A DNA stretch of 63,014 bases, the filler included, from Lenisia limosa (taxonomy: Eukaryota > Protista > Breviatea), in the NCBI GenBank assembly GCA_001655205.1. It is 13 parts of 13 records of this genome, joined end to end, with 100 filler letters (N's around TTAATTAATTAA, not from the genome) between each part and the next. Parts side by side here need not be neighbours in the genome. Positions count along the whole stretch, not along the records: positions 59,555 to 63,014 come from LPNZ01010536.1; 12 more parts are not named here. One strand, written 5' to 3'. The notes beneath the pieces are model-generated. The model was not told where the DNA came from. It did no database searches and was given only the letters and a program-made list of their open reading frames with translations. The position numbers were made by a program, and so were the translations under genes. Each line of letters starts with the position of its first letter. The first letter of the stretch is position 1. Below, piece after piece: positions 59,555-63,014 of this stretch.

Positions 59555-61170
59555 CCGCTGATCCGAGCCTCCAAAGGCACAGTCAAAAGACGAGAGGAAA
59601 TCCGAAGCGTAATCGAATATGAGGTGGGGGAAAGTTCAAAAATATCTTTAAACTAACATATTATCCAATTCTTTTAACTAACATACTATGCAGCTATATC
59701 TACTTCTTTTAAAACCCCCCTTTTTTTTTCTTCACTACCCCATTATTTCTAGTTCTTTTAACAACCCCATTATTTTTAGTTCTTTTCACTACCCGTTTAT
59801 TCCAAATCTTTTGATCATGCGTACAGTCGTCACAGAAGAAAGTGGCTACTCTTCAAGGAGTAGTGAACTCTGATCAGACTGTGGGTTGGAAGGAGGGTGC
59901 CATATTAGGACGATACCATAATCTAAAGAGTTTTATTTTTGTTCCATAAATTCTCCATATTTATTTACCCTCTACCCCCGCAGGATATCCTCAAGGGAAC
60001 TGAGCTGTCATTTGACGATGACTCTGAAACAGAAAAGGAAGCAATTTCCCTCAAACATGTTGGGGGGGGGGGGGCTNNNNNNNNNNNNNNNNNNNNNNNN
60101 NNNNNNNNNNNNNNNNNNNNNNNNNNNNNNNNNNNNNNNNNNNNNNNNNNNNNNNNNNNNNAGCTAATTTTTATTGTGAGCCCGGTGTTACTGAGTGTAG
60201 TTGTAAACCTCTCAATTAATCATCAAGATTGGTGGCTCATTAAACGTTGTCAATGAAACGTCTGGACTTTTCACCCCTGTCAAACCAAAAAAACTAAGGT
60301 ATGGGTGCGGCATTATTATCCCTATTTGGCTTCTTCTAAATCTTGCGTAATTATTTCTCATAAGAGGACGCTCTTTTCCTTCAGCTATTATAATAATAAA
60401 TAGCGATATTTTTCTATGATCCATAAGATATCTATCATCTATTATGGGGATACTGAGAGGAAAAGCAAGATAATTTTCTTTTTTTTCAGGATATTAATTA
60501 ACAAAATATGAAATTGAAGCGTCTAAAATGAAGTTCTGTTGACATAATGGGTCACTTCCAATTTCAAAATTACGTGCCCAATTAATTGCACAGAGTCAGA
60601 TGAGAAATCGTGGGGGGTATTGAGAATTCTTTTCACTCAGCTAGTTCCGAAAGCGAAGACTCTCCAGCATCCTTACTGACCTACACCCCTCGAAAAGACT
60701 TCAATGTGAGCGGCATAGAAAGTTGATAGTAGGAAAATATTGTTCCTCCCCTTATTTGATTGGGCTTTGTGTTTGTTGTTTTTTTTAAAAAAATTTTGAG
60801 CCTCAGATTATGTAATTTCGTAATTCGTGATGCGTTTATCCCCCCTTTTTTTTATATATTACATGTTGTGGCACTGCAGAAGCAACTTGCCAAGATTTTT
60901 TTTGTTTTGAGTTATTTTCTGTTTTTCAAATGTTTTGTCAAGATTCCGGATTTTTGTTTAAAATTTTCATATTGACTCACCCCCCCCCCCCCNNNNNNNN
61001 NNNNNNNNNNNNNNNNNNNNNNNNNNNNNNNNNNNNNNNNNNNNNNNNNNNNNNNNNNNNNNNNNNNNNNNNNNNNNNNNNNNNNNNNAACTAGGAACCT
61101 CTTCACGCAGAAACCGCGAGCTCCTACAATTGGTTTGGCAGGGTACTCATGACTTCAGTTTGCTTCAGGT
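59555..61170 (+). CDS. Internal exons of an unknown gene
   Basis: LIRASKGTVKRREEIRSVIEYE|SSQKKVATLQGVVNSDQT|DILKGTELSFDDDSETEKEAISLKH; GTSSRRNRELLQLVWQGTHDFSLLQ. Confidence 0.45.
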
Positions 61171-61490
61171 AATTCATAATAATCATATTTTCCTTGCCTC
61201 ATATCCACGCATGATGCTCATTATAGTTCATACTTATTATACCTCGTAGTACAAACTTATTATACTTTGTAATATATATCATATTATATACTATTTACAT
61301 GTACATCTTAGTCTGCAATAATTATGGTTTTTTACTACCACTCTTTTGCCTTTCTTTAAGTTCTTTTTTTTTGTCACAATTTTTAACGTCTCCAAAATGA
61401 GAAGAAGAACCAGGGGGTGAGTTCTGTGTCTCTGTAAGTTGCTCCAGGGACATAGGCGGAGTGGGGGTGAGAAGGGGGTCATGGGTACCA

Positions 61491-62424
61491 TCAATCTCCA
61501 CCCATATACGCTCGGATCATTGGATCAACAGGGTCAGTCCCAATAAACACGGATACCTCCTTTCTGAGGAAGTGCTTGGTGTTTGGTAATCTGACTGGGT
61601 ATCTTGGGTAATTCCCAGGAATCCAGTTGAAATGTCTTCAGCATGATGTTGCTCGCCGCACGTCACGTATCATTTCGATGTGGCAAAAGTTGTAGTCCTT
61701 GTAGTCGAATAAGTCAACAGTGAAATATCTAACATAGTCCTAATCCGACGGAAAAACGACGTCGGAAGCCTCATCGTCATTCTAACACCGTAGGCATATT
61801 CCTCAACAGTGCCAAAGAATAAACGAGATCCGTACAAGTATTTATAGTTGAATTCTAAGGTGGTCAAATAGTTTCCATGAGATACATCGTGATAGATAAT
61901 GTCCTTAGGGTGATCCATCCAAGCTATGCGTTTGAAGTTATCCATACCACGCACGAAGTTGATCATATATTAATAGTAATCTCCAGAAGCAAAGGATAAA
62001 AGAGGCTTTCCATATTCAAAGACTAAAAGTAGGGGAGGAGAAGCTGCAAAATTCTCATTAGAAATAATTTCATCAGAAATAACAGTGCAAGCGTTTCCCA
62101 GGATTTCGCCGGTCCAAGGACAATGGTCGCTTCAACATGCTCAAGAATCCTATCCCAGTAGACCATTTTCTTCCGTTCAAGAGTTCCCTTCACATAGCAT
62201 CCCAGAATATGGGCATGGTCACTTTTGAAAAGCGAATATTCAAATATTTCCTTAAGAGGGTAGCAAGGGGCTCCAAAGCAAGGTAAGTTCCCCTCAGGGG
62301 TCTTAACTTTAGATTCCTTAGCGTAATGCTCTCCTAAGCTCTTAAGAAGATCAGGTGGTGGGTAAGATTTGAGGTACCAAGCTTCCTCAACAGTAACGAA
62401 TTCTCTGAACATAAGGTCGGACAT
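61491..62424 (-). pseudogene. Intronless ~310-codon ORF broken by frameshifts and stops (virus-like, family unknown)
   Basis: MSDLMFREF..IVLGP / frameshift / GEILGNACTVISDE..FASGDYY*YMINFVRG..AYGVR / frameshift / NDDEASDVVFPSD*DYVRYFTVDLFDYKDYNFCHIEMIRD..*RHFNWIPGNYPRYPVRLPNTKHFLRKEVSVFIGTDPVDPMIRAYMGGD*. Confidence 0.55.
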
Positions 62425-62438
62425 AATTCGATGGGCTA

Positions 62439-62852
62439 TTACTTGGCTTCTTTACATTTTTCAAAAGGGAAGGTCATCTGAATAGAACAACGACCCACCC
62501 CCTTCATTGAGAAGTTCCCACCATCCAGAAAATATAATACAACATCATTACCGTAATCGTTTCTCTGCGAAATAAGGCTGTTCATATTCTCGTATAGTTC
62601 TTGGTATTCATATGGGTCTCCTTCATTCTCACTTTTCCTAATAGATGGTACTTCCTTAGAAACTGTAACGGGGTTTTCAATCTTCAAACTTTCATTGTAC
62701 AATTCAGCCTCTTTTACTAGTTCAGGGGAATTCTTAACCTCCTCGAGATAATCCTCATAAGAGAACTTGATTCTTCTAGATTGTCTGAAATCAAAATATC
62801 CCTTTCTGTAATAACAAAGCGACTCAATTTCATACTCCAGCAATTCGGACAT
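62439..62852 (-). CDS. Intronless 137-aa hypothetical protein (virus-like cluster)
   Basis: Intact ORF MSELLEYEIESLCYYRKG..EKCKEAK*; only 14 nt to the next ATG; rich in Tyr/Glu/Lys. Confidence 0.55.
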   Translation of the reverse strand: MSELLEYEIESLCYYRKGYFDFRQSRRIKFSYEDYLEEVKNSPELVKEAELYNESLKIENPVTVSKEVPSIRKSENEGDPYEYQELYENMNSLISQRNDYGNDVVLYFLDGGNFSMKGVGRCSIQMTFPFEKCKEAK

Positions 62853-63014
62853 TATCGTAGTAAATCGCAGCCCAGTACTCCTCAGGTGCTTTCGCGTCGG
62901 CCTTGGTCTTTAATTGTAAAAGTATGTATTATATGATATGATATGTAGATATCATATAAACTATATGATTGTATTTCACAGTATATATTTTATATCTAGG
63001 TGACCACCCAAAAA

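Noticed and set aside
3502-61106. Many ORF-track entries containing X runs, and gaps abutting poly-G/C
   Set aside because: The ORFs are open only because of Ns. Gaps next to homopolymers reflect sequencing dropout.

Overview
AT-rich, intron-dense eukaryotic (protist-type) draft sequence, not prokaryotic; the organism cannot be identified from the window. It is a chain of short contigs joined by 12 artificial 100-bp linkers (N44-TTAATTAATTAA-N44), so neighbours across linkers may not be real. Genes were spliced by hand from GT-AG exons, so boundaries are approximate. Recognisable genes: ZMYND12, BLOC1S4, an RNF212/Zip3-like RING protein, a Cache-HAMP receptor with an apparently dead cyclase domain, a SMARCAL1-like helicase, two large Cys-rich surface proteins, a DH-PH RhoGEF, BBIP1, the Pol epsilon C-terminus and a WGR-PARP. 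There is also one tRNA-Asp(GUC). The introns hold the most unusual signals: (i) a ~95-bp hAT-type MITE with 8-bp TSDs (>20 copies); (ii) three non-palindromic repeat families that lie mostly in host-sense orientation, two of which often end exactly at the 3' splice site; (iii) two short introns flanked by direct repeats that overlap their own splice sites; (iv) G-runs after donors and C-runs before acceptors; (v) an RNase H-bearing LINE inserted head-to-head ~110 bp upstream of an intronic tRNA. A decayed pogo-like transposase and a tightly packed, intronless, virus-like ORF cluster at the right end are also present.
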